Shown here: piece by piece, positions 36,683-46,347 of the stretch | Position numbering within the stretch: position 1 is the stretch's first letter | How the letters are laid out: each line of letters opens with the position of its first letter | Origin: a virus | Lineage: Duplodnaviria; Caudoviricetes | Direction: 5' to 3' (one strand) | DNA length: 64,000 bases | IMG/VR virus record: IMGVR_UViG_3300031993_000007 | Program-made: the position numbers and the translations under genes | The notes under the pieces: model-generated | Told to the model about the DNA's origin: nothing | What the model saw: the letters and a program-made list of their open reading frames with translations, nothing else | Databases searched by the model: none

Positions 36683-37067
36683 TCTTGCTCCTAAACTTCT
36701 CGGCAAGTTCCATATACTTATCATGCAATTTACAGTAAAACTTTATTTCTTTTTCCCAGCTTACGCCTTGAATTTCTTGCTGCAAACTATATCGACAGCA
36801 CCGCTCTTCGCACCACCGGGCTTTATCCAAGCACCGTTTGTACTTTTGGAGACGAATTGTCTTTACTGCATTATCAACACTTCTCTTTTGAGTCTTTTGC
36901 AACTCTGCAAGGAATTCTTTAGTTTCCTTGAGAAGCCTGGATTTTTCATGCAGTTTATATTCCTTCTCGGCAATCTCCTTGTCAGCTTCTGACTTGATGC
37001 AAACTTCAACCTCATCCGTTGAATTTTCATTAAATTCAAAAACCTTTACTACTTTCAGTTGTGCCAT
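36675..37067 (-). CDS. Hypothetical coiled-coil protein
   Basis: Start MAQLK; EADKEIAEK similar to 37832..38101. Confidence 0.7.
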   Translation of the reverse strand: MAQLKVVKVFEFNENSTDEVEVCIKSEADKEIAEKEYKLHEKSRLLKETKEFLAELQKTQKRSVDNAVKTIRLQKYKRCLDKARWCEERCCRYSLQQEIQGVSWEKEIKFYCKLHDKYMELAEKFRSKNE

Positions 37068-37069
37068 AT

Positions 37070-37270
37070 CTAGTCTTCCCCAGTCCATTGTCCCAAGCCA
37101 TCTCCAGAGACTTGGGCCAGTTTGTTGTTAATCTTTGCGGTAAATGAATCAATCATTTCTTGCTTTTCGTATACGGCATACCATCCACCCTGCGGAGCTT
37201 TCTCAAATCTCTTGAACTTGAACCCTTTGGCCTCGTTCTCAGAAATCCGCTTACGGAGTTCGGCGGTCAT
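37070..37270 (-). CDS. Hypothetical protein
   Basis: Operonic small ORF. Confidence 0.6.
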   Translation of the reverse strand: MTAELRKRISENEAKGFKFKRFEKAPQGGWYAVYEKQEMIDSFTAKINNKLAQVSGDGLGQWTGED

Positions 37271-37629
37271 CTGCGGCCCATTTCGTTTCCTTACCTCCGG
37301 TTAGTCTCCTGTATAATGTCGCTCGGCTGATTCCCAGCTCCTCACAAGCCTTTGTCTTGTTGCCGCCAAACTTTTCCAAAAACGTTCGTTATGGTTTTCA
37401 GCTCAACATTGTCCAAGTTTGATTCGTTAGCACTGTTGGCCAGATCGTACATCTCTAGCGCTAATTTCGCTGTCCGATAGCCCACATTCCATTCTGGACA
37501 AGTGTTACACGGCTTCTGGTTGCACTTTTGATGAGCGTCTTTATGGACTTTATCGCACTTAAAGCACTTGCATTGTGTGCTAGCAGCCATAGATGCGTAA
37601 TGGTCTCGCTCTTCACTCGTCATCGCCAT
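37251..37629 (-). pseudogene. Cys-rich + Fis/NtrC-type HTH protein split by +1 frameshift
   Basis: Removing one base of the A5 run (37378-37382) gives NLDNVELKTITNVLEKFGGNKTKACEELGISRATLYRRL. Confidence 0.8.
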
Positions 37630-37632
37630 ATG

Positions 37633-37863
37633 CTACTCCTTCTTAACAATAGTTCCGCAATGCATGGCCCACCATACCTTGCCATCTGCGATACACACAA
37701 CGTTTGCGTGATTTGGCAACGGTGGTAAAATAGCAACCACATCGCACTCACGAAAGTAAGCTACTTCCCCCTGTTGCATACTCCATGTATACAGCTTTCT
37801 TGGAGGGCTAAAGATCTGCGGTTCTGTAATTTCACCTATCTTCACTTTCAGTTCTTGTATCAT
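37633..37863 (-). CDS. Hypothetical protein
   Basis: SD GGAGG. Confidence 0.7.
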   Translation of the reverse strand: MIQELKVKIGEITEPQIFSPPRKLYTWSMQQGEVAYFRECDVVAILPPLPNHANVVCIADGKVWWAMHCGTIVKKE

Positions 37864-38101
37864 TACTTACCTCCTCGAACTTATCAATCATGTGACGGCA
37901 GCGAGCCATTCGTGCTTCATCACACTCGGCTTCAGCCGCTTCGAGTCTAGCAGACCACAAGTTGAAATTAAGCTTGCGGATCTCAGCGTCCTTCTCTGCG
38001 ATCACTTTGTCAACCTCGTTTGCGTGATATACACGATACCGATGAGTAGCTGGCGTGATGACAGTATCTTCATAGTAAAAGTGCGATGTCAGTTCGCTCA
38101 T
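37832..38101 (-). CDS. Hypothetical protein
   Basis: EVDKVIAEKDAEI. Confidence 0.7.
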   Translation of the reverse strand: MSELTSHFYYEDTVITPATHRYRVYHANEVDKVIAEKDAEIRKLNFNLWSARLEAAEAECDEARMARCRHMIDKFEEVSNDTRTESEDR

Positions 38102-38161
38102 ATTTGTAATACCTCTTGAGATGGATATTTGTCATGCTACCACGATAAAATCATATAGCCT

Positions 38162-38557
38162 TTAGGCTTGATCTTTTGCGTCTTTAGCAAATCCGGCCTT
38201 TGATAGAGCGCTAAAGGCTTTGTCAATATGACAAAGCTTTCCGCTATACAAGACCTTTCCTAGATATCCATCTGGGTACAGCTTAATTGCTTTATCTTCT
38301 TCGCTGATTCTTAATATTACAGAATAAGTATTAAAATTGTTTTCATTGTCAGTAAATTCAGCGACATACGATTTGATAGCTTCAATTAGTTCAAGCGACT
38401 TTTCATCATTTGATTTGTCAGCTTGTAAGTTTTGCTTTTGACGGATACTTTGCATGAATGTTTTGATATCTGCATCTGCATTATCCATGTGCATTACTGT
38501 TTTAACTGTCTTGCTAACGATACCAAGAAGTTCTTTCTTTGTAACAATTTTGCCCAT
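38162..38557 (-). CDS. Hypothetical protein
   Basis: SD GGAGG. Confidence 0.75.
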   Translation of the reverse strand: MGKIVTKKELLGIVSKTVKTVMHMDNADADIKTFMQSIRQKQNLQADKSNDEKSLELIEAIKSYVAEFTDNENNFNTYSVILRISEEDKAIKLYPDGYLGKVLYSGKLCHIDKAFSALSKAGFAKDAKDQA

Positions 38558-38566
38558 TGAGACCTC

Positions 38567-38860
38567 CTACTGTTCGATACATTCAAGGGCCACAGGGTAC
38601 GGGTAACCATCCATGTTTTGAGCACTTGAGTATCCTCCTTTATTGTGGTTTCTAAAACTGTAATCATTCACAATTTTGCACTTGGCCTTCTTAAGAGGAA
38701 CTTGCTTTTCGATGCAAGTCATCTTCAAAGTAGCTCCTCCCTTAGTTTCGTTGGCGATCTGTGCCTTTGCCGTATTGCATTGATGCAAAGTGGTGAAGTC
38801 AATAGTATCTACTCCACCATAGTAAGAATTTATTACGAGCACGAATATGACCTTAAACAT
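38567..38860 (-). CDS. Hypothetical Cys-containing protein
   Basis: SD AAGGAG. Confidence 0.7.
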   Translation of the reverse strand: MFKVIFVLVINSYYGGVDTIDFTTLHQCNTAKAQIANETKGGATLKMTCIEKQVPLKKAKCKIVNDYSFRNHNKGGYSSAQNMDGYPYPVALECIEQ

Positions 38861-38894
38861 AGTTATTTTATAACTCCTTCGTAGATTTTTGCTC

Positions 38895-39146
38895 CTAAAA
38901 GGTTATCAGACAGAAGACGCTAATTCCAAGAGAGGCAAGTAAGGCAATTACTACCAAAATTGCACCTAGAAACAGAAGTACGATGAAGAGCGCTGTAGCG
39001 TCATAGCGCCAAAAGCCATCATCGAACATTCTAGTTTCTAGGCCTATACATACTAAGAAGGTATGATAGCGTTCATACCAAGAATAGCACTGAAGGATCT
39101 CTCGGAATTTAACGTCATGATGGTCTTGTTTAACATCGTCCATCAT
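38895..39146 (-). CDS. Small membrane protein
   Basis: Long C-terminal hydrophobic stretch. Confidence 0.65.
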   Translation of the reverse strand: MMDDVKQDHHDVKFREILQCYSWYERYHTFLVCIGLETRMFDDGFWRYDATALFIVLLFLGAILVVIALLASLGISVFCLITF

Positions 39147-39158
39147 GACATCAGTCTC

Positions 39159-39875
39159 CTAGCCTAAGCCAATGCTGCTTAGCATATGGCCGTAATGATT
39201 AGCCATTGCGATATTTTCTGCTTCTCTTTTCGCCGTATACTTTTGGTATCTGGCTTCCTTGGCTCGCAAATCCCCTGAGATTTCGGTTGTAATCAGGTCT
39301 ATGTTGCCAAGGATTAAGATAGCAGTATCCAATGATCCAAGACCATTCGGATCATTGGTGTCAAAACATTGCATGGCAGGATCGCTATTTCCGAAAGAAG
39401 GAATACGGCTGCGTTTTACTGTAAGCTCGTCAGTATTTTCTTTAAGCCTGTATTCTGTCTTGTACGGATAAAGGTTACAAGCAACTTTTCCATAACTAAC
39501 GATCATACAAACTTCGTCAGAATGGATATGGATGTCAATCTGTAATTCTGTATACCTGTTATACCATTTTGTGGTTTCGTGGTATGATTTAAATTGCGTC
39601 CACAGACATCGAAGATAATGATTATTAGTATCTGGGTTTACTCTTTTTCGGACTTCCATATGCTGCTCTAATGTTCTACAAACTTCAGGCTCATAAGCAA
39701 TAAGATACTTTTGTTGCATTTTATCGCCGAACTTGAGGTTTTTCCAAGGAATTACGCTAGTACCAGCATTTGTGTATATGCTGCCCTTAAAGACTTCTTT
39801 GAAAGACAGAAGGTACTTTTTCATGCCAGCAATTACTCTTCCCTTGATAGCCTCCATTTCTTCCTGTGTATCCAT
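39159..39875 (-). CDS. Hypothetical protein
   Basis: 238 aa, SD AAGGAG. Confidence 0.75.
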   Translation of the reverse strand: MDTQEEMEAIKGRVIAGMKKYLLSFKEVFKGSIYTNAGTSVIPWKNLKFGDKMQQKYLIAYEPEVCRTLEQHMEVRKRVNPDTNNHYLRCLWTQFKSYHETTKWYNRYTELQIDIHIHSDEVCMIVSYGKVACNLYPYKTEYRLKENTDELTVKRSRIPSFGNSDPAMQCFDTNDPNGLGSLDTAILILGNIDLITTEISGDLRAKEARYQKYTAKREAENIAMANHYGHMLSSIGLG

Positions 39876-39884
39876 TTGAGCTCC

Positions 39885-40319
39885 TTAGCAGGTGTAGATG
39901 TGATGGATCCAAGCCGTGCCAATGCACTTCTTGTCATCCATGCTATCACCGAACAGAGGACAGCCTTCTTCATTCTTCTTTACACAGAACATGATGCGAT
40001 CGAAGTCCATACCGCAGTTTCCTACGACACGATACTTCTTTCCGACTTCTGCGTCGAAGAAGGGGATTTCCTTGGGTTCCTGATATGGAGTCCAGTCTTC
40101 CGGGATTTCTGCTGCGTGCTGCCAGTAGAAGTCCCAATCGCCATCTTGAAGTGCAGCAGTTGTAATCCACGGCTTAGGGCCTATTTGCATACCAGTAACT
40201 AGTCTCTTTTCGGGTTGTTGATCGTCATCATCATTCCAAACGAGCATGTAATGGCCAGTAGCATGGATAGGAAATTTGAACTTTGTAGTTTCCTTAAGTT
40301 TATCTTTTGTATAGTTCAT
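39885..40319 (-). CDS. Hypothetical protein
   Basis: LVWNDDD...YWQHAAEI. Confidence 0.75.
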   Translation of the reverse strand: MNYTKDKLKETTKFKFPIHATGHYMLVWNDDDDQQPEKRLVTGMQIGPKPWITTAALQDGDWDFYWQHAAEIPEDWTPYQEPKEIPFFDAEVGKKYRVVGNCGMDFDRIMFCVKKNEEGCPLFGDSMDDKKCIGTAWIHHIYTC

Positions 40320-40540
40320 GCTTCTTTCTCCAACGGCATATAGGTATTTGAGGGAGGATTGGTATTTATCTTGTGCAAGTCATCCTCGATAGTTCTTTCA
40401 ACGCAGGACTCATCGCCGTCTACATCAATAGACAACTCGAAGTTATCATAATTCTTAGGATCGCCAAGGGCTCTAACTGCATTGGATGCAATCCTTGTCA
40501 GTTCTGCACGGGAAATTTTCTTAAATGTAAATCTCATCAT
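40316..40540 (-). CDS. Hypothetical protein
   Basis: Coupled ORF. Confidence 0.7.
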   Translation of the reverse strand: MMRFTFKKISRAELTRIASNAVRALGDPKNYDNFELSIDVDGDESCVERTIEDDLHKINTNPPSNTYMPLEKEA

Positions 40541-40552
40541 TTTGATTTTCCT

Positions 40553-41167
40553 TTAATTTTCTTTCGTCGAGCTACTTATTGAACTCATAAGCTTTTCAAC
40601 AATATCAAACACCTTGGACTTGCCATCGCCGGATTTCACACTTGCAAATTTTCCTTCAATAGTCTTTGCGGCATTCTCGATATCTGCCAAGGCAAGCTTC
40701 TCGACTTCCTCGTCTCGGGATCCCATTTTGGAAAGATTCCCGATTGCAGCTCTGTAAAGCATACTGCTACCATCGGTAGTGACTCGAATAACCTTATAGT
40801 CATTCGTAACTACTACCATTCCCTTCCAGTACTGGTTAACTTCGCTGTTGAAAGATTCCATTTCCCACGGAAGGACAGAGCGGATTAATCCGGCCAGACA
40901 ATCAATCTCACAGATATCGTCGTGCTCAAGATCGCCCTCTTCACCTTCGTCATATCCAAGATTGGCAAGGATGCCATTCTTAATCGGAAAGTCCTTAGGA
41001 GCCTGTTCCAGTTCCATTTCGTGAGAAATGTCAGAAATGTAATCCGACCAGTCACGATTAGAAGCAATGCCGTCATAGTCGTGGTCGCCATACATCACAA
41101 GGCAAATCATATTGCCCGGATGCTTGGCAAAGACTGCGTCAATTCGTTCTTTAATTTGAATGTCCAT
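40553..41167 (-). CDS. Hypothetical, paralog of 46887..47456
   Basis: IKERIDAVF; GMVVVTNDYKV. Confidence 0.8.
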   Translation of the reverse strand: MDIQIKERIDAVFAKHPGNMICLVMYGDHDYDGIASNRDWSDYISDISHEMELEQAPKDFPIKNGILANLGYDEGEEGDLEHDDICEIDCLAGLIRSVLPWEMESFNSEVNQYWKGMVVVTNDYKVIRVTTDGSSMLYRAAIGNLSKMGSRDEEVEKLALADIENAAKTIEGKFASVKSGDGKSKVFDIVEKLMSSISSSTKEN

Positions 41168-41184
41168 TAGTTATCTCCTTTGTA

Positions 41185-41248
41185 GGTTGAATTGTACATA
41201 CTATAATATACCGCAGAAAAAATAAAGGCCTAGTAAAGACCTTTATTT
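41185..41248 (-). promoter_or_regulatory. Terminator + early promoter + TCAACC leader cassette
   Basis: TATATTA 41204-41210; hairpin about 41220-41248. Confidence 0.75.
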
Positions 41249-41563
41249 CTTCAAAATTTCCAGATATGCCCATTTACAAAATGCTACTTTGTCGTATAAG
41301 CATACATCGTTTATGTCTTCAGAGTAAAACATACCATCCGGTATTCTAAGCTCAGAAGCACGATCTCTTTCTTCAGATAACGGGAATCGTTTGCAATCAT
41401 CGTATTGACTCCAATCGGTATATTCTACGCACACATCCATATACTCTGATAGAGTCATGTTGCATTCACTAGAAGATATGCAAGTTTTTGTATCAGCAGA
41501 GATCGATGATGATTAGCTGCAAGCCATAAAAATGATGGAAATAAGAATGACTACGTACCTCAT
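41243..41563 (-). pseudogene. Lipoprotein gene with premature TAA at codon 17
   Basis: GGAGG-ATG, MRYVVILISIIFMACS-stop-SSSISADT..., in frame with ORF 41243..41458. Confidence 0.8.
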
Positions 41564-41601
41564 AATATACCTCCATTGTTTAATTTTATGATTTACGCAT
41601 C

Positions 41602-41662
41602 ATTTAATATACCGCCGGATCATAGAAATCTACGAAAAAAAAACGAGTTGTTACCCTCGTTT
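41602..41662 (-). promoter_or_regulatory. Terminator + early promoter cassette
   Basis: TATATTA 41605-41611; hairpin 41641-41662; 39 bp near-identical to 51612-51650. Confidence 0.75.
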
Positions 41663-41894
41663 CGTGCCACTTCCGTCCTCCGTCATAATCCACAAACAGC
41701 TACGCATGCTGTTACACTGGATCATAGACTTCGAAACGCCTCTCGACGCTGGCTCCACGTTATCAAGCGAGTCCCCACCTCCCCTGGGAAGGTAGATCAA
41801 CCGTACAAGTACTATTGGGAATACTCTCGTGGATGCGGTGTTTCACTTTATTTTTCGCTTGTTTCATTATTCAATATAATACAGTCTTTTAGAA

Positions 41895-42446
41895 TTATTC
41901 GGAGATTGTACCTTCTATGTAGCGAGCTTTGATGTAATCAACCGTAAAGTCAAAGAAGTTGCATGGTGACACGGCATATCTTAAGGTTCCTATAGTTTCT
42001 GCAATATGACTTTGCAGCGTTAGTAAAACAGTTATAGCATGAATAGGATCTATTCTTGCCATCGAGGCTATATCTTCAACCCATTTCTTCCAGACCGGAA
42101 TAGATTTATCGAACAAGCCTTCATCTTCTAAGACATTCTTGTCTATTCCGTCGCATCTGTCGATGCTGTAAGAAAGAGTTAAGGCGTGATACAATTCTTC
42201 CCAATGAAAGCAAGTCACAATATTATTCAAAGAATCATTTTCATCATAGCGATAATTTCCAAAGGTTTCCATCAATAGATAGCGTATCTTCTTTTTGCAG
42301 TCTTCTTTATTGGTAGCGATCCCATTAGAGTCCACAATAATATGCCAAGGAAACGCTCCGTATTCTTTTACGCACCGACACAGAGCTTTAAAGATCTTTT
42401 TCTCGAGCCTAAATTCAGCAGGAATATGGGAAAATATTTCTGTCAT
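41895..42446 (-). CDS. DP-turn family protein
   Basis: IASMARIDPIHAITVL. Confidence 0.75.
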   Translation of the reverse strand: MTEIFSHIPAEFRLEKKIFKALCRCVKEYGAFPWHIIVDSNGIATNKEDCKKKIRYLLMETFGNYRYDENDSLNNIVTCFHWEELYHALTLSYSIDRCDGIDKNVLEDEGLFDKSIPVWKKWVEDIASMARIDPIHAITVLLTLQSHIAETIGTLRYAVSPCNFFDFTVDYIKARYIEGTISE

Positions 42447-42453
42447 TTCTACC

Positions 42454-42867
42454 TCATTGAATTAGCGAATTGATAACTTTGGCTACATTTTTATAGGTCT
42501 TATACCACTCGCAATGATGGCTTCCTCCAAGCCATGCACTACGGTATGAAGAAGATCCAAGGTATTCTACAATCATCGGCACGTATAGCGACGGATCAAT
42601 GGTCAGTATCTTGCAAACTTTCTTTACGAATTCGTGTTTGTTGATGAAATCTTTAACGGAGTCATCAGAACGTCTAAACCATGTTGTTGGAATTTCTTCT
42701 TCTGAGGATGCCCAAGGCTCTAGCCCAAGCTGTTTAAGAATGTATCTAGATTGAACCCGCTCTGTCGACAAAAAGTGAACTCCGGCAACGGCATAGATAA
42801 ATTCTCTCAAAGCAAAGAACACAGCTTTCTCCAAGGACATTTCGCCTTTTTCAAATTTTTTATTCAT
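42454..42867 (-). CDS. DP-turn family protein
   Basis: VCKILTIDPSLYVPMIV...INSLIQ. Confidence 0.8.
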   Translation of the reverse strand: MNKKFEKGEMSLEKAVFFALREFIYAVAGVHFLSTERVQSRYILKQLGLEPWASSEEEIPTTWFRRSDDSVKDFINKHEFVKKVCKILTIDPSLYVPMIVEYLGSSSYRSAWLGGSHHCEWYKTYKNVAKVINSLIQ

Positions 42868-42925
42868 TGTATTATTCCTTTACAGCAGCTAGAAAAAATA
42901 TTTCTATTATAAGTACCTCGCTGTT

Positions 42926-42968
42926 TAATATACAAGCAAAAATAAAAGGTATACCCGAAGGTAGACCT
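42926..42968 (-). promoter_or_regulatory. Terminator + early promoter cassette
   Basis: TATATTA 42926-42932; UUCG hairpin 42947-42968. Confidence 0.75.
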
Positions 42969-43203
42969 AATTCATGGTATGAGGGAACACGGCTTCTAGC
43001 CCCTCATACCTACGCAATTCCACTATCCGGCGAACTCCTTGTAAGCCTTCCTCGCCGTAACTTTTCCACCTCCCAAAGGTGGCGTTTCTCCTGCGCACTA
43101 TGATCTTTGCTCTAAGATGTTGGGTTTGCATAGGATGGCTCTCCCGGCCATCTCTCCAAGGATTTCTAGAACGTCCTTGTTTCCTGTTGGACGTGCACAT
43201 CAC
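42967..43203 (-). CDS. Small Arg-rich protein (doubtful)
   Basis: 78 aa, GC-richer than neighbours. Confidence 0.4.
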   Translation of the reverse strand: MMCTSNRKQGRSRNPWRDGRESHPMQTQHLRAKIIVRRRNATFGRWKSYGEEGLQGVRRIVELRRYEGLEAVFPHTMN

Positions 43204-43228
43204 AGCTATGCCACCCCTTTTAAATTAT

Positions 43229-43582
43229 TTATTTTTTCTGTGCTTCCTTGGCTTTGGCTATTTCTTCGAAATGATCAATGACATTTAAAAACGTCTGGAA
43301 TACCTTTAGGTCTTTAATGGTCTTGTCATTAGTAGGAAGCACAAACGGAATATCAACAAGCTTCGTATCTTCAGCCTTGCGGCATTCGATATGAATTACT
43401 TCCATACCCATGTCTTGCATATCATCATTTGCACAACGAACATTAATAACCGCCTTGCGAGCCGGGGAGTTATACTCGAATTTGAGGTTCTTCTCGGTTT
43501 CTTCCAGCAATTTGTACGTGTCTTTTTTATTCTTGGCAATCATATTGTTGATGCTGGTTTTTAACGGCACAAAGAATTTCAT
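43229..43582 (-). CDS. Hypothetical protein
   Basis: TCAACC leader plus AAGGAG. Confidence 0.75.
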   Translation of the reverse strand: MKFFVPLKTSINNMIAKNKKDTYKLLEETEKNLKFEYNSPARKAVINVRCANDDMQDMGMEVIHIECRKAEDTKLVDIPFVLPTNDKTIKDLKVFQTFLNVIDHFEEIAKAKEAQKK

Positions 43583-43632
43583 TCATTATCTCCTTGGTTT
43601 AGGTTGAATTTGTACAGGTAGGGTCTAAATTC

Positions 43633-43974
43633 TTAGCAGTTCTCAGGTGAAAGCTCGTAGATTGTTCCATCTTTTCTGGTCTCAATCCATTCTTCTCTTT
43701 CAGCTATGTATGAAGCCAGATCGTAGTTCGCAATATCTTCGGGAACCTTCGTCATGTCTATTGCAAGCGGATTCTTTAATGCCCTTATGATTTCAGAGCA
43801 ACCAACTTCGACTATATTCTCTTCGTTATAGAACGTAAGAGTTTTATTTGATTTATGTTTGCTACTGAATTCTTCGAATATTCTTAAAAGAATATTTCTG
43901 TTTCCTTCTGTGACAAATCCGCATAATGGAAATTTTATGCTCTCAACGTTGTAAATGATAAGAAATTTATCCAT
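43633..43974 (-). CDS. Hypothetical protein
   Basis: Start ATG 43974 (MDKFL). Confidence 0.75.
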   Translation of the reverse strand: MDKFLIIYNVESIKFPLCGFVTEGNRNILLRIFEEFSSKHKSNKTLTFYNEENIVEVGCSEIIRALKNPLAIDMTKVPEDIANYDLASYIAEREEWIETRKDGTIYELSPENC

Positions 43975-43994
43975 TTGTGTTTTCCTTTTGTTTG

Positions 43995-44059
43995 GGTTGA
44001 ATTTGTACACATTATAATATACAAGCAAAAAGAAAAAGGTCTACCCGAAGGTAGACCTT
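43995..44059 (-). promoter_or_regulatory. Terminator + early promoter + leader cassette
   Basis: TATATTA 44015-44021; UUCG hairpin 44036-44059. Confidence 0.8.
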
Positions 44060-44246
44060 ATAGCCCTAGTGCTGACTGACAGCTTCACGACTGAACCATG
44101 TAGGTACATCTTTGACGTTTTGCTCGTTTGAAGTCGTGGACGATCGTTACTTCGCCGAATAAGAGGGCTGTTTATTTGTTATACGCATATCTGTACAATG
44201 TATTGTTATTCTTTCTCACATGAGTATTTTTCTTTACTTTTCATAG

Positions 44247-44807
44247 CTAGCCGTCCTTACATTCGGAATCTCTTCCTTTCTCCTTTTCTGGTTCATCGTG
44301 CACAACGGGCTTCAGCTGGAAGTATTTCTCCCAGTCAAACGCTTTGATAAGGTACTGAACGAATCTTTGGAATGTATCCCTTCGTTCTTCGTCCTTTCCT
44401 GACCAACCAACAATGCAACGGCTTACGATGAAGCTTAGCATGTGGAAACGGTCGTTTTGCGCTAGATCTTTCTCAGTAAAGTACCCTTCAATCTCTTCGG
44501 ATTTCTTGTTTCGGAATTTCAAGAAGGTTACTACGTCTTTGCTAAAGGACTTGATGTACCGCTTCAGTTGCCAATCATGGATAGTTTTCATATATCCATC
44601 TTTCTTCCTAGCTCTTAGCACGGTCTTGAAAGTAGAGACATCGATGGTGAGCTCTGCGGCAATTGAACCTTCAATAAAGCACTGAATCTCTTTCTCAAAG
44701 ACTCCGGTTATTGTACCCATTTGAGACGTTCTTTCTTTGGTCTTGTAGGTAACAATTTCGAATCCGGCCGCTTCACGGATTATCTTGCAAAACTGTTTTT
44801 CATTCAT
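44247..44807 (-). CDS. Hypothetical, paralog of 48331..48906 and 46340..46894
   Basis: ERTSQMGTITGVFEK. Confidence 0.8.
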   Translation of the reverse strand: MNEKQFCKIIREAAGFEIVTYKTKERTSQMGTITGVFEKEIQCFIEGSIAAELTIDVSTFKTVLRARKKDGYMKTIHDWQLKRYIKSFSKDVVTFLKFRNKKSEEIEGYFTEKDLAQNDRFHMLSFIVSRCIVGWSGKDEERRDTFQRFVQYLIKAFDWEKYFQLKPVVHDEPEKEKGRDSECKDG

Positions 44808-44824
44808 GGGTTTTCCTTAAGTTG

Positions 44825-45151
44825 TTATTTATTAAGGTTAAACTCTACTCCGATCGGATCCTGAACACTGAAAGAGAGCTTCTTCATAGAAGACGCAATA
44901 TCCTGCAAGGAATCAACGTCATTGTAGGATTCGCCTACGTCAGCGTACTGGTGGATAACCGTTCCCTTACCATTTTCGGAATCCCAAATCAAACGGTTTA
45001 CGCCGCTGTATTTTTCAGGATCGCCTTGAGCAAAGCATACAGTAATGCTCTCAATAGTCCGGCACAGCGAAAATAAGGCTGCACTTATGCCATGGTTTTT
45101 CAGTTCAGGGAAGTTGTCTGACAAAACATTGATAAACTGTTCTGGGCACAT
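44825..45151 (-). CDS. Hypothetical, paralog of 33662..33994
   Basis: IESITVCFAQGD...VNRLIWD...DPIGVEFN. Confidence 0.75.
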   Translation of the reverse strand: MCPEQFINVLSDNFPELKNHGISAALFSLCRTIESITVCFAQGDPEKYSGVNRLIWDSENGKGTVIHQYADVGESYNDVDSLQDIASSMKKLSFSVQDPIGVEFNLNK

Positions 45152-45634
45152 TTATTTTTCCTCCTTGGATTTTTTGAAGATTTGGCAGATATAAGCCATG
45201 ATTCGGCTGATTCTGCCTTCTTTGGGCTTTTGACTTGCTTGTTGCTCGTTGTCCATTTGATCCATAACTCTTTTAAGCCAAGCGATGTGGACGTCAGCTA
45301 CATGCTTTTCATTCCGACGACACAAAGGCATCTTTTTATAGCTTTCAAGGTCATTGATAAGAACCGGAATTCTTGTCTTTGGATCTGCAAGAACAGCTTT
45401 TGCAATTTCTGTTTTTAGATCAAGTCTTTCGCATTGAAAATCCCAGAAGTCGTCATCAGAATTAAAGGTGTTTTCCATCACTTCTTCACGATTCGGAATC
45501 CACTTCTGGTCTCTATTTTTAAAGAAGATCTCTGTTTCAACTTGTCCACGAACTGCAATCCCACAACGGATAGCATCCCAAACAGTATTTATAAACCATC
45601 TGGCGATATTCCCAGATTTGTAATATACTTTCAT
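45152..45634 (-). CDS. DP-turn family protein
   Basis: IAKAVLADPKTRIPVLI. Confidence 0.75.
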   Translation of the reverse strand: MKVYYKSGNIARWFINTVWDAIRCGIAVRGQVETEIFFKNRDQKWIPNREEVMENTFNSDDDFWDFQCERLDLKTEIAKAVLADPKTRIPVLINDLESYKKMPLCRRNEKHVADVHIAWLKRVMDQMDNEQQASQKPKEGRISRIMAYICQIFKKSKEEK

Positions 45635-46347
45635 TATTTTTCTCCTAATTTGAACTCTTTTACAAGCTCAGGACTAAATAATTCAGGGAATTCAGCATAC
45701 AATGCTTTTGCATTTACCGTGTAACATGCCAACAGATGATCGATCTCTTCAGCGGTTTTAAGATTAAAGAGATCATCCGGATGGATTCTCAGTGCATCTG
45801 CAACATTATCATCAGTGGTTATAAAGAAATTGTGAGCGTAAGCCTCTACACGAATCTTGTATCCTCGGCCTTGAAGCTCCTTAATAGCGATGTAGATATT
45901 AACAGTCTCTAGCAAGCTTCTGTAGTAATCTTCTGGCTTAAAACAACTGTTCTGATAGAATTTCTTATCGACAACTCCGGTGCAACAGTCTATGAAGACA
46001 CGCGCTCCGTAGTAGCCTTTCTTTCCGGCGTTGGTTATTTTTTCTAAGAATTTTTCGATAAATTCTCTAGGTCTTTTAGCTGCCTTCTGTATTGCCATAA
46101 GATTTTTAGCGTGTTCCGCTGCTTCAAGAACTTCCTGAGAAGTTACCTTAACATCAGCGGCTTTAATAACGCTCTCGTAATCAAGGGATGTCCGAATTTT
46201 CACGAGATAATCTATAAGGCTATCAATTTCCCCAGCCTCAATAGAGAGACGGGTTTTTATCGGAGAGCAAGTTGGACTTGGGCTATCTACAGGGGTGGCG
46301 CTAGCGCTACTTTTGGATCCAAATAGTTTAGATAAGCATTTAAACAT
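45634..46347 (-). CDS. Hypothetical protein
   Basis: Start probably MFKCL (46347). Confidence 0.75.
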   Translation of the reverse strand: MFKCLSKLFGSKSSASATPVDSPSPTCSPIKTRLSIEAGEIDSLIDYLVKIRTSLDYESVIKAADVKVTSQEVLEAAEHAKNLMAIQKAAKRPREFIEKFLEKITNAGKKGYYGARVFIDCCTGVVDKKFYQNSCFKPEDYYRSLLETVNIYIAIKELQGRGYKIRVEAYAHNFFITTDDNVADALRIHPDDLFNLKTAEEIDHLLACYTVNAKALYAEFPELFSPELVKEFKLGEK

